This document shows, one piece after another, positions 1 to 11,072 of a stretch of 64,000 bases of DNA. A program made the position numbers and the translations under genes. The DNA comes from an uncultured delta proteobacterium. GTDB lineage: Bacteria > Desulfobacterota > Binatia > HRBIN30 > BPIQ01. The notes beneath the pieces are model-generated. The model did not search any database. It was not told the DNA's origin and saw only the letters and a program-made list of their open reading frames with translations. The stretch's first letter is position 1. Each line of letters begins with the position of its first letter. Location: positions 320,001-384,000 of the forward strand of contig CAVXGR010000012.1 in NCBI GenBank assembly GCA_963761335.1. The letters are read 5' to 3'.

Positions 1-114
1 CCGCCCCACCCCGAGGCCGTCGCCAAGCTCGTCGGCGACGACGGCGCCCTCCTCGCCGTCGTCGTCTCCGGCGCCGACTGCCGCTGGTCCTATGCGCGCG
101 TCATGGCGGCGTGA
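1..114 (+). CDS. 3' end of an unidentified gene running in from the window edge
   Basis: Frame +1 is open with GC3-rich codons (PPHPEAVAKLVGDDGALLAVVVSGADCRWSYARVMAA) and ends at TGA 112-114. Confidence 0.5.
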   Translation, partial: PPHPEAVAKLVGDDGALLAVVVSGADCRWSYARVMAA

Positions 115-188
115 GGGGACAGGCAAGTTTTGCGCGTGATTTCGCGCTGCCGGAAATCACTTTCGCGCCGCAAAAGTAGCCGGTCCCC
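115..188. repeat. Palindromic extragenic element (GGGGACAGGC...CGCAAAAGTAGCC family)
   Basis: ggggacaggcaagttttgcg (115-134) pairs with cgcaaaagtagccggtcccc (169-188); inner hairpin gtgatttc/gaaatcac; same motif at 55089-55155 and 57511-57576. Confidence 0.75.
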
Positions 189-228
189 GCCTTTCACGGG
201 CACCCGGAATGATGGTATCTCGCTGCCA

Positions 229-1836
<1,608 letters not shown>

Positions 1837-1842
1837 GGGGAG

Positions 1843-3366
1843 ATGGAGATGAAGCGCATCCGACGTGTCCTGGTGGCCAACCGCGGCGAAATCGCCATCC
1901 GCATCATGCGCGCCTGCCGCGAGGCCGGCCTCGAGAGCGTCGCCGTCTACTCCGAGGCCGACGCGCGGGCACCGCATCTTCGATACGCCAGTGCCGCCGT
2001 CTGCATCGGTCCCGCCCCGAGCAGCGAGAGCTATCTGCGCATCGACCGCATCGTCGAGGCCGCCCGGGAGACGAAGGCCGACGCGGTACATCCGGGATAC
2101 GGTTTTCTGGCGGAGAACGCCGCCTTCGCGCGCGCCGTCGAGGACAGCGGACTGATCTTCGTCGGCCCGACCTCTGCCGCCATCGCCGCCATGGGCGACA
2201 AGACCCTGGCGCGCCGGACGGTGGCGGCTGCAGGCGTCCCCGTGGTTCCGGCGAACGAATCACCGCCGAGCGACGCCACCCACCTCGCCACCGCCGCCGA
2301 GCAGCTCGGCTTCCCGCTGCTGATCAAAGCCGCCGCCGGCGGCGGCGGCAAGGGAATGCGCATCGTGCGCCAGCCGACGGAGCTGGCAAACGCCTTTGCG
2401 GCGTCGGCGCGCGAGGCGGGAAGCGCTTTCGGCGACGACCGCGTCTTCCTGGAACGCTACATCGAGCGGCCCCGCCACGTCGAGGTGCAGGTGCTCGGCG
2501 ACGCCGCCGGCAACCTCATCCACCTCGGCGAACGCGAGTGCTCGATTCAGCGCCGCCATCAGAAGATCATCGAGGAGACCCCCTCCCCCGCCGTCACTCC
2601 CGAGCTGCGCCGGCAGATGACCGAGGCGGCGATCGCCGCGGCGCGCAGCGTCGGCTATCACAACGCCGGCACCGTCGAGTTCATCCTCGACCAGTCCGGC
2701 CGCTTCTACTTTCTGGAGATGAACACCCGGCTGCAGGTCGAGCATCCGGTCACCGAGCTGGTCACCGGCGTCGATCTCGTCCGCGCCCAGCTGCGCATCG
2801 CCGACGGCGAGAGCCTGTGGCTCGCGCAGGAGGACGTCGCCGCCCGCGGCCACGCCATCGAGTGCCGCGTCTACGCCGAGGATCCGGCGCAGCAGTTTCT
2901 CCCGAGCCCCGGCACCATCGCGCTTCTTCAGGAGCCGCAGGGACCCGGGATACGCATCGATTCGGGCATCGAGGCCGGCTTCGCGGTGCCCCTCTTCTAC
3001 GACCCGCTGCTCAGCAAGATCTCGGCGCACGGAGAGGACCGCGAGTCGGCGCGGCGGCGACTGGTCGCCGCGCTCGCGGACTGCGCCATCCTCGGCTGCA
3101 CCACCAACCTCTCCTTCTTGCTCGACATCCTCGAGCACCCCGCCTTCGCCAGCGGCGACACACACACCCACTTCGTCGAGGAGCACTTCCCCCACTGGCC
3201 GGGACGCGAGCATCACCGCCTGCTGGCGGCGCTCGCCGCCGCCATCGATACGGTCCGCCGGCCGGCGGGTTCCGCGGCGATGGCCGCGGGGCCTGGCGGC
3301 GCCGTGGCTCCCTCGCCGTGGACGACTCTCGGACACTGGCGCCTCGGCCAGGGAGCGGAGGCCTGA
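1843..3366 (+). CDS. accC: Biotin carboxylase subunit of acyl-CoA carboxylase
   Basis: LVANRGEIA, HPGYGFLAEN, GGGGKGMR, ERECSIQRRHQK, EMNTRLQVEHPVTE. Confidence 0.95.
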   Translation: MEMKRIRRVLVANRGEIAIRIMRACREAGLESVAVYSEADARAPHLRYASAAVCIGPAPSSESYLRIDRIVEAARETKADAVHPGYGFLAENAAFARAVEDSGLIFVGPTSAAIAAMGDKTLARRTVAAAGVPVVPANESPPSDATHLATAAEQLGFPLLIKAAAGGGGKGMRIVRQPTELANAFAASAREAGSAFGDDRVFLERYIERPRHVEVQVLGDAAGNLIHLGERECSIQRRHQKIIEETPSPAVTPELRRQMTEAAIAAARSVGYHNAGTVEFILDQSGRFYFLEMNTRLQVEHPVTELVTGVDLVRAQLRIADGESLWLAQEDVAARGHAIECRVYAEDPAQQFLPSPGTIALLQEPQGPGIRIDSGIEAGFAVPLFYDPLLSKISAHGEDRESARRRLVAALADCAILGCTTNLSFLLDILEHPAFASGDTHTHFVEEHFPHWPGREHHRLLAALAAAIDTVRRPAGSAAMAAGPGGAVAPSPWTTLGHWRLGQGAEA

Positions 3367-3367
3367 G

Positions 3368-3877
3368 ATGCGCCTGCAGCTACGGCACCGACAGCATTCG
3401 ATCACGGTTGAGCTGCATGCCGACGGCGATCACTATCGCGCCACCATCGGCGAGGATGAGATCGAGGTCGAGGCTCACTACCTCGATGACAGTACCCTGG
3501 TGCTCACGGTCGGCGGGCGGCAACAGCGCCTGCGCATCGCCCGCGTGGGGCGCGATCGACTGGTTGCCGCCGGCGGCGAGTCATATACCTTCATCGCCGA
3601 GAGCGGTGGCGAGGGGCACGGGGTGGCAGCCGCGCTGGCGCCTCCGGAGATCATCGCCCCCATGCCCGGAAAGGTGTTGCAGGTGCTGGTACGCCCCGGA
3701 GAGCGCGTCGCCGTCGGCGACGGCCTCGTCGTCCTCGAGGCGATGAAGATGGAGAACCGCATGCTCGCCGAGGCTCCGGCGACGGTCAGCGAGGTGCGCG
3801 TCGAGGAGGGGCAGATGGTGGACGGCGGCCAGGTTCTGGTGGTTCTCCTCTACGACGAGGAATCGGGCAAGGGCTGA
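3368..3877 (+). CDS. Biotin carboxyl carrier protein with N-terminal linker (BT-like) domain
   Basis: APMPGKV and biotinylation motif EAMKMEN; starts 1 bp after the biotin carboxylase stop. Confidence 0.92.
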   Translation: MRLQLRHRQHSITVELHADGDHYRATIGEDEIEVEAHYLDDSTLVLTVGGRQQRLRIARVGRDRLVAAGGESYTFIAESGGEGHGVAAALAPPEIIAPMPGKVLQVLVRPGERVAVGDGLVVLEAMKMENRMLAEAPATVSEVRVEEGQMVDGGQVLVVLLYDEESGKG

Positions 3878-4359
3878 ACGGCGGCGGCCGGGTTGCCGCG
3901 CGGCGAGAGGATGACCACCGGGATGTCGCGGGTGGTGCGCGCCTGGTAGTCGGCGTAGCTCGGATACATCGCCACCAGCCGCGGCCACAAGGCCGCCTTC
4001 TCCTCGGCGCTGGCGCGCCGCGCCCGCATCGGCAGCTTGCGGCGACGCACCTCGATCTCCACGTCCGGACGGGCCTCGAGATTCTTGTACCAGAGGGGAT
4101 GGTGCGACATGCCGCCTTTCGAGGCGACGACGACGTACCCGTCGCCATCTTCCAGGTAGAGGAGAGGCGCCGTCTGCGGCTGCCCGCTGCGCCGGCCGAT
4201 GGTCGTCAACAAGAGGACCGGGGCGCCGCCCGGAAAGCGTCCCCCCAACCGACCGCCACTGGCGCGGTACGCCCAGGTGTTGAGCCGCGACATCACGCGG
4301 ATGACGGCGGTGCCGAGCTTCTCCTGCCCGGGCGTAAACGGTCGCACCTGCTTGGCCAT
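3850..4359 (-). CDS. Deazaflavin (F420)-dependent nitroreductase family protein (Ddn-like)
   Basis: LLLTTIGRRSG, VVVASKGG..HPLWYKNL, YADYQARTTRDIPVV; this is the real 3' part of the long 3850..7575 ORF. Confidence 0.9.
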   Translation of the reverse strand: MAKQVRPFTPGQEKLGTAVIRVMSRLNTWAYRASGGRLGGRFPGGAPVLLLTTIGRRSGQPQTAPLLYLEDGDGYVVVASKGGMSHHPLWYKNLEARPDVEIEVRRRKLPMRARRASAEEKAALWPRLVAMYPSYADYQARTTRDIPVVILSPRGNPAAAVQPLPDSSS

Positions 4360-4497
4360 ATGCATTCCTCCGCAGGCGCAGAGGAGCGCAGAACGCGCTT
4401 CTTTGCAAACACCTCGCCCCCGCATCCTTGACGCGCCATCGCGAATCGGCGTAGGCGGAGCGACCGACATGAGCAAGGGAAGCAAGGGGAGGACGGA

Positions 4498-6966
4498 ATG
4501 AGAAGGCGAACTTGGCCGCGGGGGATGCTCGTCGCACTGCTGCTGATCGCCGCCTGCGATGACGATCGCCCGCGGCAGCCAACGCCGACGCCGGCGACCT
4601 CGCCGACGCCCGCCGCGACGGCCGTGCCGACGCTGACGCCGAGCCCGCAGCCCGCCACCCCCACCGCCAGCGCGCTCCCGACCGAAACGTCGCCCCCGGC
4701 GTTGCTGCCGGTGCTCGTCTCGAGCGATCCGCCCGGCGGTAGCGCCGGGGTGCCGGTCAGCGCCTGGATCCGTCTCGACTTCGCCGCGGCTGTCGGCGCG
4801 CCGCCGGCATCGAGCTTCGACCTGCGCTGCGGCGGGGTGCAGCCGCCGTTCGCGGTCTTCCCCCTGCGCGGCACCGCGGAGCCCGACGCCTCGACTCTCG
4901 TCCTCAACCCCGAAAACGACCTTCCCGCGGGCGTCACCTGCGACCTCTCCTGGAACGGCCCCGCGGGAGCGGAGCTCCTGCGCTTCAGCACCGCCCCCGC
5001 AGCGGCGATGGCGACGGCGATCTGCGACCGGACGAACCCGCGCCTGACGACGCCGTTCCCCGACGACTACTGGCTCGTCCCCGACTCCGGCACGGCAACC
5101 GGCGTCCGCGTCGACTTCCCGGTGCCTCCCGTGCCGGCGTTCGAGCAGAGCATCTACGCCGCGCTGCTGGAGGGCGCCAACACTCTCGACGGCTTCAGCC
5201 CCATCGCTCACTTCGTCGTCGAGACCTCGGCGCCGCTCGACCCGGATTCCCTGCCGCACACCGCTGCGGAATCCCTCGACCCGCTGGCCAGCGTCGGCCT
5301 CTACAACCTCGGTTCGCCACCCGCCCCGGGGGCGCCCTGCCCCACGTCCGGGTGTCAAGACTTCTCGTCGACGGGTCAGCGCATCCCCTTCGAGCTGCAG
5401 CTGCGCACCGACACCAGCGTGCGCGGCGTGGTCTCGCACACGATGCTGATCTTCCCGTCCATTCCCTTGACCCCGGGCGGACACTACGGGCTGGTGGTCA
5501 CCCGCCGCGCCCTGACCGCAGCGGGCCAGCCGCTCGATCCCTCGCCGTTCACGACGGCGCTTCTCGGCGACTCGCTGTCCGGAGACGCCGCCGAGGTACA
5601 GCGCGCCCGGCCACTGTTGCGCGAGGTCCTCGATACCGTCCGCAGCTCGGCGGCACTGCCGATTCCGGACGAAGACGTGGCCCTCGCGGTGCGCATCTCG
5701 ATTCGCACCATCGACGACATCCCGAGCGATCTGCTGGCCATCAAGTCGCAGGTACTGGCAGCGCCGCCGCCGGCGACCACCGTGGAGAGTGTCGCCGGCG
5801 ATTCTGATCCGCACGTCGCCGCTGTGGTTACCGGCACCTGGCAGGCGCCCGACTGGCGCGACGGCCTCTTCTTCTCGCGCGACGCCGGCGGCCTGCCGCA
5901 GAAGGCGCACAGCGCACCGATCGCTTTCACACTCGCCCTGCCGGCGGCGGCGCTCGGCGGCCCGGTGCCGGTGATCATGTACCAGCACGGCAACCCGGGC
6001 AGCTCCGAGGCCGAGGTTCCGCGCAATGCGCGGCGCGGCCTCGCCGAAGCCGGCTTCGCCGTCATCGGCTTCACCGATCCGCTGAACCGCGAGGTCACGC
6101 CCGGGGTCACCGACGACGATGAGGCGGCCGTGGAGCAGACCACCGCTGTCCTTCTGCCGCTGCTGCAGTCGCACCAGATCCCCGACTACTTCATCGAGGC
6201 CAACGCCGAGCAGATCGCCTTCGTCCGCATGATCCAGGGGCTCGGCGATCTGGACATCCTGCCGATCGGCGCCCCCGACGGGGTTCCCGATCTCGACATC
6301 GACGCACCTCTCACCTACGTAGGGATCAGCGACGGTGCCAATCATGCTCCCGCCTTTCTGCCCTATGCGCCGGAGATCCGCGCCGCAGCGCTGGTGGTCG
6401 GCAGCGGCCGTCTCGCCGAGACTCTCATCCACCAGCAGGCGCAGGCGCTGCTCGAGGGCGTCGGCGGGTTCTTTCCCAACCTGACACCGGCCGATCTGTG
6501 GATGGGATTCACGCTGTTCCAGATGATCTTCGACCGCCAGGACCCGCACAACTACGCCGGCTTGATCTACCGGAATCCGCTGCCGATCGCCGGCGACACC
6601 GCCAAGGCGAGCATCCTCCTCACCGAAGGCCTCGACGACCCGCTGGTGCCCAACAATGCGACCGACTCGCTCGCCTGGGAGATCGGTCCGCTGCCGCACG
6701 TGCGACCGGTACAGCGCCCGGTACCCTATCTCACCCCGACGGATGCGCCGATCTCCGCCAACATCGACGGCCACACCACGGCGGCGTTTTACCAGTTCGT
6801 CCCCGCCGGCGTCTCCGGCGTCGATCCCACGCCCGGATGCGTCAACCAGCCCAGCGGTCACTTTTGCCCACAGACGAGCGCCGAGGGGATGTATCAGCGA
6901 GTCGTCTTCTTGCAGAGCGCCCTCAGCGAGATGGCGCCGAGGGTCGTCGATCCGCTGGCTCGGTGA
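4498..6966 (+). CDS. Secreted lipoprotein: Pro/Thr linker, Ig-like domain and alpha/beta-hydrolase (lipase-like) domain
   Basis: Lipobox LIAAC, PT-rich linker, PFPDDYWL/LDGFSP N-terminal motifs, YQHG oxyanion region, GISDG nucleophile elbow. Confidence 0.75.
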   Translation: MRRRTWPRGMLVALLLIAACDDDRPRQPTPTPATSPTPAATAVPTLTPSPQPATPTASALPTETSPPALLPVLVSSDPPGGSAGVPVSAWIRLDFAAAVGAPPASSFDLRCGGVQPPFAVFPLRGTAEPDASTLVLNPENDLPAGVTCDLSWNGPAGAELLRFSTAPAAAMATAICDRTNPRLTTPFPDDYWLVPDSGTATGVRVDFPVPPVPAFEQSIYAALLEGANTLDGFSPIAHFVVETSAPLDPDSLPHTAAESLDPLASVGLYNLGSPPAPGAPCPTSGCQDFSSTGQRIPFELQLRTDTSVRGVVSHTMLIFPSIPLTPGGHYGLVVTRRALTAAGQPLDPSPFTTALLGDSLSGDAAEVQRARPLLREVLDTVRSSAALPIPDEDVALAVRISIRTIDDIPSDLLAIKSQVLAAPPPATTVESVAGDSDPHVAAVVTGTWQAPDWRDGLFFSRDAGGLPQKAHSAPIAFTLALPAAALGGPVPVIMYQHGNPGSSEAEVPRNARRGLAEAGFAVIGFTDPLNREVTPGVTDDDEAAVEQTTAVLLPLLQSHQIPDYFIEANAEQIAFVRMIQGLGDLDILPIGAPDGVPDLDIDAPLTYVGISDGANHAPAFLPYAPEIRAAALVVGSGRLAETLIHQQAQALLEGVGGFFPNLTPADLWMGFTLFQMIFDRQDPHNYAGLIYRNPLPIAGDTAKASILLTEGLDDPLVPNNATDSLAWEIGPLPHVRPVQRPVPYLTPTDAPISANIDGHTTAAFYQFVPAGVSGVDPTPGCVNQPSGHFCPQTSAEGMYQRVVFLQSALSEMAPRVVDPLAR

Positions 6967-6984
6967 GCAGAGGAGAGAATCGAG

Positions 6985-7647
6985 ATGACAGGCATTGGAA
7001 TCTATGAAGTCATGAGCACAACCCGCGCCGTGCGCCGCCTGCGCCCCGATCCGATTCCGGACGACGTTCTGCGGCGCGTGATCGAGGCGGCCAACTGGGC
7101 ACCGACGGGAGGCAATGCGCAGCCCTGGCGGGTGATCGCCGTGCGCGACGCGCAGAAGCGGCAGCGCCTTCAGGAGCTCTACATCGGACCCTGGGAGCAG
7201 TATGCCGAGGCGCATCGGGCGCGACTCGGCGGCGTGTCTACCAGCGAGCGCCAGCGCCAGGAGCGCATGCTCGCCGCCGCCGACCATCTCGCTCGCAACC
7301 TGCACCACGCGCCGGTGATCCTGGTCTTCTGCTTCAATCCCAAGCTGATGGCGATCACCGACGCCGGCCTTGATCGCCCCTCGGTGGTCGGCGGCGCCTC
7401 GGTCTACCCCGCCGTGGAGAACGCCCTGCTCGCCTGCCGCGCCGAGGGTCTCGGGTGTACTCTGACGACGCTGCTCTGCTTCCGGGAAGCCGAGGTGAAG
7501 AGCACCCTCCGCATCCCCGCCGACTGGGGAACCTGCGCCTTCGTGCCCATCGGCTACCCGGAGGGACGAGGACACGGGCCGCTGCAGCGCCGTCCGGTCG
7601 AGAAGATGGTGTTCCTCGACAGCTGGGGAGAGCCCCTCTTCGAGTAA
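6985..7647 (+). CDS. Nitroreductase family protein (FMN-dependent)
   Basis: TRAVRRL..DPIP, APTGGNAQPW, ENALLACRAEGLG, PIGYP. Confidence 0.9.
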   Translation: MTGIGIYEVMSTTRAVRRLRPDPIPDDVLRRVIEAANWAPTGGNAQPWRVIAVRDAQKRQRLQELYIGPWEQYAEAHRARLGGVSTSERQRQERMLAAADHLARNLHHAPVILVFCFNPKLMAITDAGLDRPSVVGGASVYPAVENALLACRAEGLGCTLTTLLCFREAEVKSTLRIPADWGTCAFVPIGYPEGRGHGPLQRRPVEKMVFLDSWGEPLFE

Positions 7648-7658
7648 CCGGCTCCCGC

Positions 7659-8567
7659 TCAGGCGAGGCGCGTGCCCGGGGCCAAGCCGCGCGCCGCGGC
7701 GATCTCCGCGGCGGCGCCCTTGGCGTCGCCGGCGCGCAGTCGCCGGGCGCGAATGGCGCCGCCGACGGCGCCGACGAGGATGCCCTGCGGCGAGACCTCC
7801 GCCACCACTCCCGGCACAAAGCTCCCCTCCGACTCCGCCCGCGCATCGTAGAATCGCAGCTTCTCGCCCGCCAGCTCCGCGTAGGCGCCGGGCTGCGGGT
7901 CACAGCCGCGAATCAGGTTGTAGACCTCCGCCACCGGGCGATTCCAGTCGATGCGCGCGTGCTCGTCGCGACAGAGAGGATCGTAGCTGGCGCGCGACTC
8001 GTCCTGGGCGATGCGGGGCGCGCGGCCCGTGGCGACCAGATCGACAGCTTCGATCACCGTGCTGACCCCGAGCGGAAAGAGCGTGTCGTAGTAGAGTGAG
8101 CCGGCCGTATCGTCAGCGCCGATGACCGCCCCCTTCTGGAGCAGGATCGCTCCGGTGTCGATGCCGGGATCCACCCAGAAGACGGTCACTCCGCCGGCGC
8201 TCTCACCGCGAATCAGCTGCCAGTTGATGGCGCTGCCACCCCGATGGCGGGGCAACAACGAGGGGTGAAAGCAGATGCTGCCGAACTGCGGCGTCTCGAA
8301 CACATCCTGGGGCACGATCTGCGTGACATAGGCCAGGACGCCGAGATCCGCCCGCAGCTCGGCGAACTCCTGCTGCACGCCCGCCGCCTTGAGCGAGCGG
8401 TGCTGGCGCACCGGAATGCCGATCGCCAAGGCGCGCGCCTTGGCGGGATCGACGCGGCTGCCGGCGTCGGGGGGACAGTACAGCGCGGCGATCTCGTGGC
8501 CGTGCTCACGCAGTCCGTCGAGCACTTTCTCCGCAAAGGCCGCCTGTCCCACCAAAACGATTCGCAT
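7659..8567 (-). CDS. Formyltransferase-fold protein (Fmt / 10-formyl-THF hydrolase-like)
   Basis: HPSLLPRHRGGSAINW, DPGIDTG, RGCDPQPGA; N-terminus MRIVLVGQAAF. Confidence 0.85.
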   Translation of the reverse strand: MRIVLVGQAAFAEKVLDGLREHGHEIAALYCPPDAGSRVDPAKARALAIGIPVRQHRSLKAAGVQQEFAELRADLGVLAYVTQIVPQDVFETPQFGSICFHPSLLPRHRGGSAINWQLIRGESAGGVTVFWVDPGIDTGAILLQKGAVIGADDTAGSLYYDTLFPLGVSTVIEAVDLVATGRAPRIAQDESRASYDPLCRDEHARIDWNRPVAEVYNLIRGCDPQPGAYAELAGEKLRFYDARAESEGSFVPGVVAEVSPQGILVGAVGGAIRARRLRAGDAKGAAAEIAAARGLAPGTRLA

Positions 8568-8585
8568 GGCTCCTCCCGAGGTCAA

Positions 8586-9326
8586 TCAGCCGCGTCCGGC
8601 GAGTCGATCGAGCAGATTGCGCAAGGGAATGGAGACGCGGTCGGCCACCACCTTGGCATCCGCGGCACCCCGGATCAAGGAATTGTTGACCTCGATCTCG
8701 AGGTAGGGAACGCCATGGCGCCGCCCGTGGCTGCGCGCGCTGAAGATCAAACCCTCGAATGCCGAGTACGGCTCGTTGTGCCGCGAGTCGAACCCCTGCG
8801 CCCGCAGGCCGCAGATCAAGCTCTCCGCCTCCTCCAGGTAGTCGTCGTAGAGCACCCCGACGTCGAAGCGGCGGCAGTCGCCGCGCGTCTCGGCCGTGAA
8901 GCTGTGAACGCTGAGCAGCAGGCGGGTGTCGCCTCGGCTCGCGAGGAGCCCGTCGATGGCGTCGTGGTAGGGCTCGTAGAACGAGGCGATGCGCCGCTGC
9001 CGCTCGTCTTCGTCGACGCCTCGGTTCCCAGGTACATCGACCCCGTGGGTCTCCACCGCGATCAGGTCGAAATCCGAGAGCCCGCGATTGCAGTCGATCA
9101 GAAGCCGCGACCAGGCGCTCTCCACCAGCGGCGCCGAGAACCGGGACGACAGCTGGCGCGCCACCGCGGCGGCGCCGATGTCCCAGCCGATGTGGTCCTC
9201 GAGGTGCTGAGCCATCAGCCCCAGCCCGGCATATGCGGGTGGCAGTGCACAGGAGGCATGCTCGCAGGTCAGCAGCAGCGGCGACGCCGACGGCTGGCGC
9301 CAGCAGTGCACCGGGGGATCCACCAT
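8586..9326 (-). CDS. N-formylglutamate amidohydrolase family protein
   Basis: LLLTCEHAS, HIGWDIGA, SRLLIDCNR, FYEPYHDAI, SVHSFT, NEPYS, EIEV. Confidence 0.88.
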   Translation of the reverse strand: MVDPPVHCWRQPSASPLLLTCEHASCALPPAYAGLGLMAQHLEDHIGWDIGAAAVARQLSSRFSAPLVESAWSRLLIDCNRGLSDFDLIAVETHGVDVPGNRGVDEDERQRRIASFYEPYHDAIDGLLASRGDTRLLLSVHSFTAETRGDCRRFDVGVLYDDYLEEAESLICGLRAQGFDSRHNEPYSAFEGLIFSARSHGRRHGVPYLEIEVNNSLIRGAADAKVVADRVSIPLRNLLDRLAGRG

Positions 9327-9338
9327 GTCCAAGGCGGT

Positions 9339-10076
9339 TCACCCCTTCAGATGCCTGGCGAGGAAGCGCTTCATTCTCTCCCAGGCGTCGGCCGCGGCCT
9401 GCTGCCGGTACGAATCCCGCTCGGCACAGAAGAACCCGTGCGGCGCTTCCGGATAGACCACGGTCTCAGCATCCTTGTGCAGCTCCGCCAAACGCCTCTC
9501 GATCTTCTCGACCTCCTCTGCCGGGATGAACCGATCCTGGCCGCCGAAGAAGAGGAGCATCGGTGCCGAGATCTGATCGGCGTACTGCAGCGCCGGCTTC
9601 GGGCGCCGCTCGCTGACCGCGTCGCTGCCGATGCCGCCGCCATAGAAGGGTACCGCAGCCTTCACCGCGGGGTTGCGGCAGGCGGTGATGAAGGTCACGT
9701 AGCCGCCCATGCAGAAGCCGGTGACGCCGATGCGATCGGCACGCACCTGCGGCAGCGCCTGAAGATGCGAGATCACCGCGGCCATGTCGGCGACCACCTT
9801 CTCGTCCGTGAGGGTGCTCATCAGACGAATCGCCTCGGGGAGCTCATCGTAGCCGACGGCGCGCCGGCTCTGGCGGTAGTAGAGATCGGGAGCGAGGGCG
9901 GCGTAGCCCTCGGACGCGAGCCGCGCCGCCACGTCTTTGATGTGATCGTTGAGGCCGAAGGCCTCCTGAACCACCACCACACCGGGGTATGCCCCGTCGC
10001 CTCGCGGCTGCGCCAGAAAAGCGGGCATGGCTCCGTCCGCGGCCCGAATCTCAACCATTTCTTTAGAAATCTCCAT
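9339..10076 (-). CDS. Dienelactone hydrolase family protein
   Basis: VVQEAFGLNDHI, GFCMGG nucleophile, APHGFFC. Confidence 0.92.
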   Translation of the reverse strand: MEISKEMVEIRAADGAMPAFLAQPRGDGAYPGVVVVQEAFGLNDHIKDVAARLASEGYAALAPDLYYRQSRRAVGYDELPEAIRLMSTLTDEKVVADMAAVISHLQALPQVRADRIGVTGFCMGGYVTFITACRNPAVKAAVPFYGGGIGSDAVSERRPKPALQYADQISAPMLLFFGGQDRFIPAEEVEKIERRLAELHKDAETVVYPEAPHGFFCAERDSYRQQAAADAWERMKRFLARHLKG

Positions 10077-10238
10077 CGTCTCGACCTCCGTCTGGGCGAT
10101 TCCGCTGCTGTCGATTGAGGCTCGTCATAGCAAGGCGAGGCCCTGTCGAAAAGTGGACATTGACATACGCCAGCCGCTTCCATTACCTAGTCTCCCTTTT
10201 ACCGCCCTAAAACAGCTTTTGTCCCGAAGGAGATAGGC

Positions 10239-11018
10239 GTGCGGCGAGAGAAATCGAATTACATGATCCAGTCGGTGGCCCACGCTCTCGATGTCATCGA
10301 GCAGTTCGGCGGGCAGTTCGAGGAGCTGGGGGTCACCGAGCTGAGCAAGCGCTTGAAGCTCCACAAGAACAACGTCTTCCGCTTGCTGGCCACCCTCGAG
10401 TCGCGGGGCTACATCGAGCAGAACAAGACCACGGAGAACTACCGTCTCGGCGTTCGCTGCCTGCAGCTCGGCCAGCACTACCTCGGACAGATGGGTCTGC
10501 TCCAGCAGGCGCGGCCGATCATGGCGGAGCTCTCGCGACGGTGCCGCGAGACCTCGGTGCTGTCGGTGTACCGCAGTCGCGCCATGGTTCCCCTCTTGGC
10601 TGTGGAATCGGAGCAACCCGTCCGCATTGCCGCCCGCATCGGTGATGCGCTGCCGCTGCACTGCACCGCCGCCGGCAAGACGCACCTCGCCTTCGCGGCA
10701 CCGGAGGAGCGCGACGAGAACCTGGCGAGAGAGCTGCAGCGGCACACGGCAAGAACGGTCACCGACAGGCAGGCGCTGCTGCGACAGCTCGAGGCGGCCG
10801 CGGCGCGGGGCTTCGCCGTGGACGAGGGAGAGCTCGTCGAGGACGTCCACTCGATCGCGGTTCCCATTCGCGACTACACGCGTTCGGTGGTCGCCTGTCT
10901 CGCCGTCTCCGGCCCGGCATATCGCATGAGCACCGAGCAGATCGAGAAAGCGGTGGCGCCGCTGGTGATCTCCGCCGGCGGAGATCTGTCGACGCGCCTC
11001 GGCTACAACGCCTCGTGA
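10239..11018 (+). CDS. IclR family transcriptional regulator
   Basis: N-terminal HTH (GVTELSKRLKLHKNNVFRLLATLESRGY), PLHCTAAGK, IAVPIRD; GTG start after AGGAG; divergent from the hydrolase cluster. Confidence 0.93.
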   Translation: MRREKSNYMIQSVAHALDVIEQFGGQFEELGVTELSKRLKLHKNNVFRLLATLESRGYIEQNKTTENYRLGVRCLQLGQHYLGQMGLLQQARPIMAELSRRCRETSVLSVYRSRAMVPLLAVESEQPVRIAARIGDALPLHCTAAGKTHLAFAAPEERDENLARELQRHTARTVTDRQALLRQLEAAAARGFAVDEGELVEDVHSIAVPIRDYTRSVVACLAVSGPAYRMSTEQIEKAVAPLVISAGGDLSTRLGYNAS

Positions 11019-11072
11019 TCGGCCCGCAGTCGCGAGCCTCGGCCCCGGCTCGAAGATCGCCTGATCATCGCC

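Noticed and set aside
3850..7575. 1241 aa minus-strand ORF
   Set aside because: Antisense shadow of the lipoprotein and nitroreductase genes; only the last 169 codons (Ddn-like) are a real gene
10160..10193. Sigma-70 promoter for iclR (TTGACA at 10160)
   Set aside because: Perfect -35 box but no convincing -10 at 16-18 bp spacing
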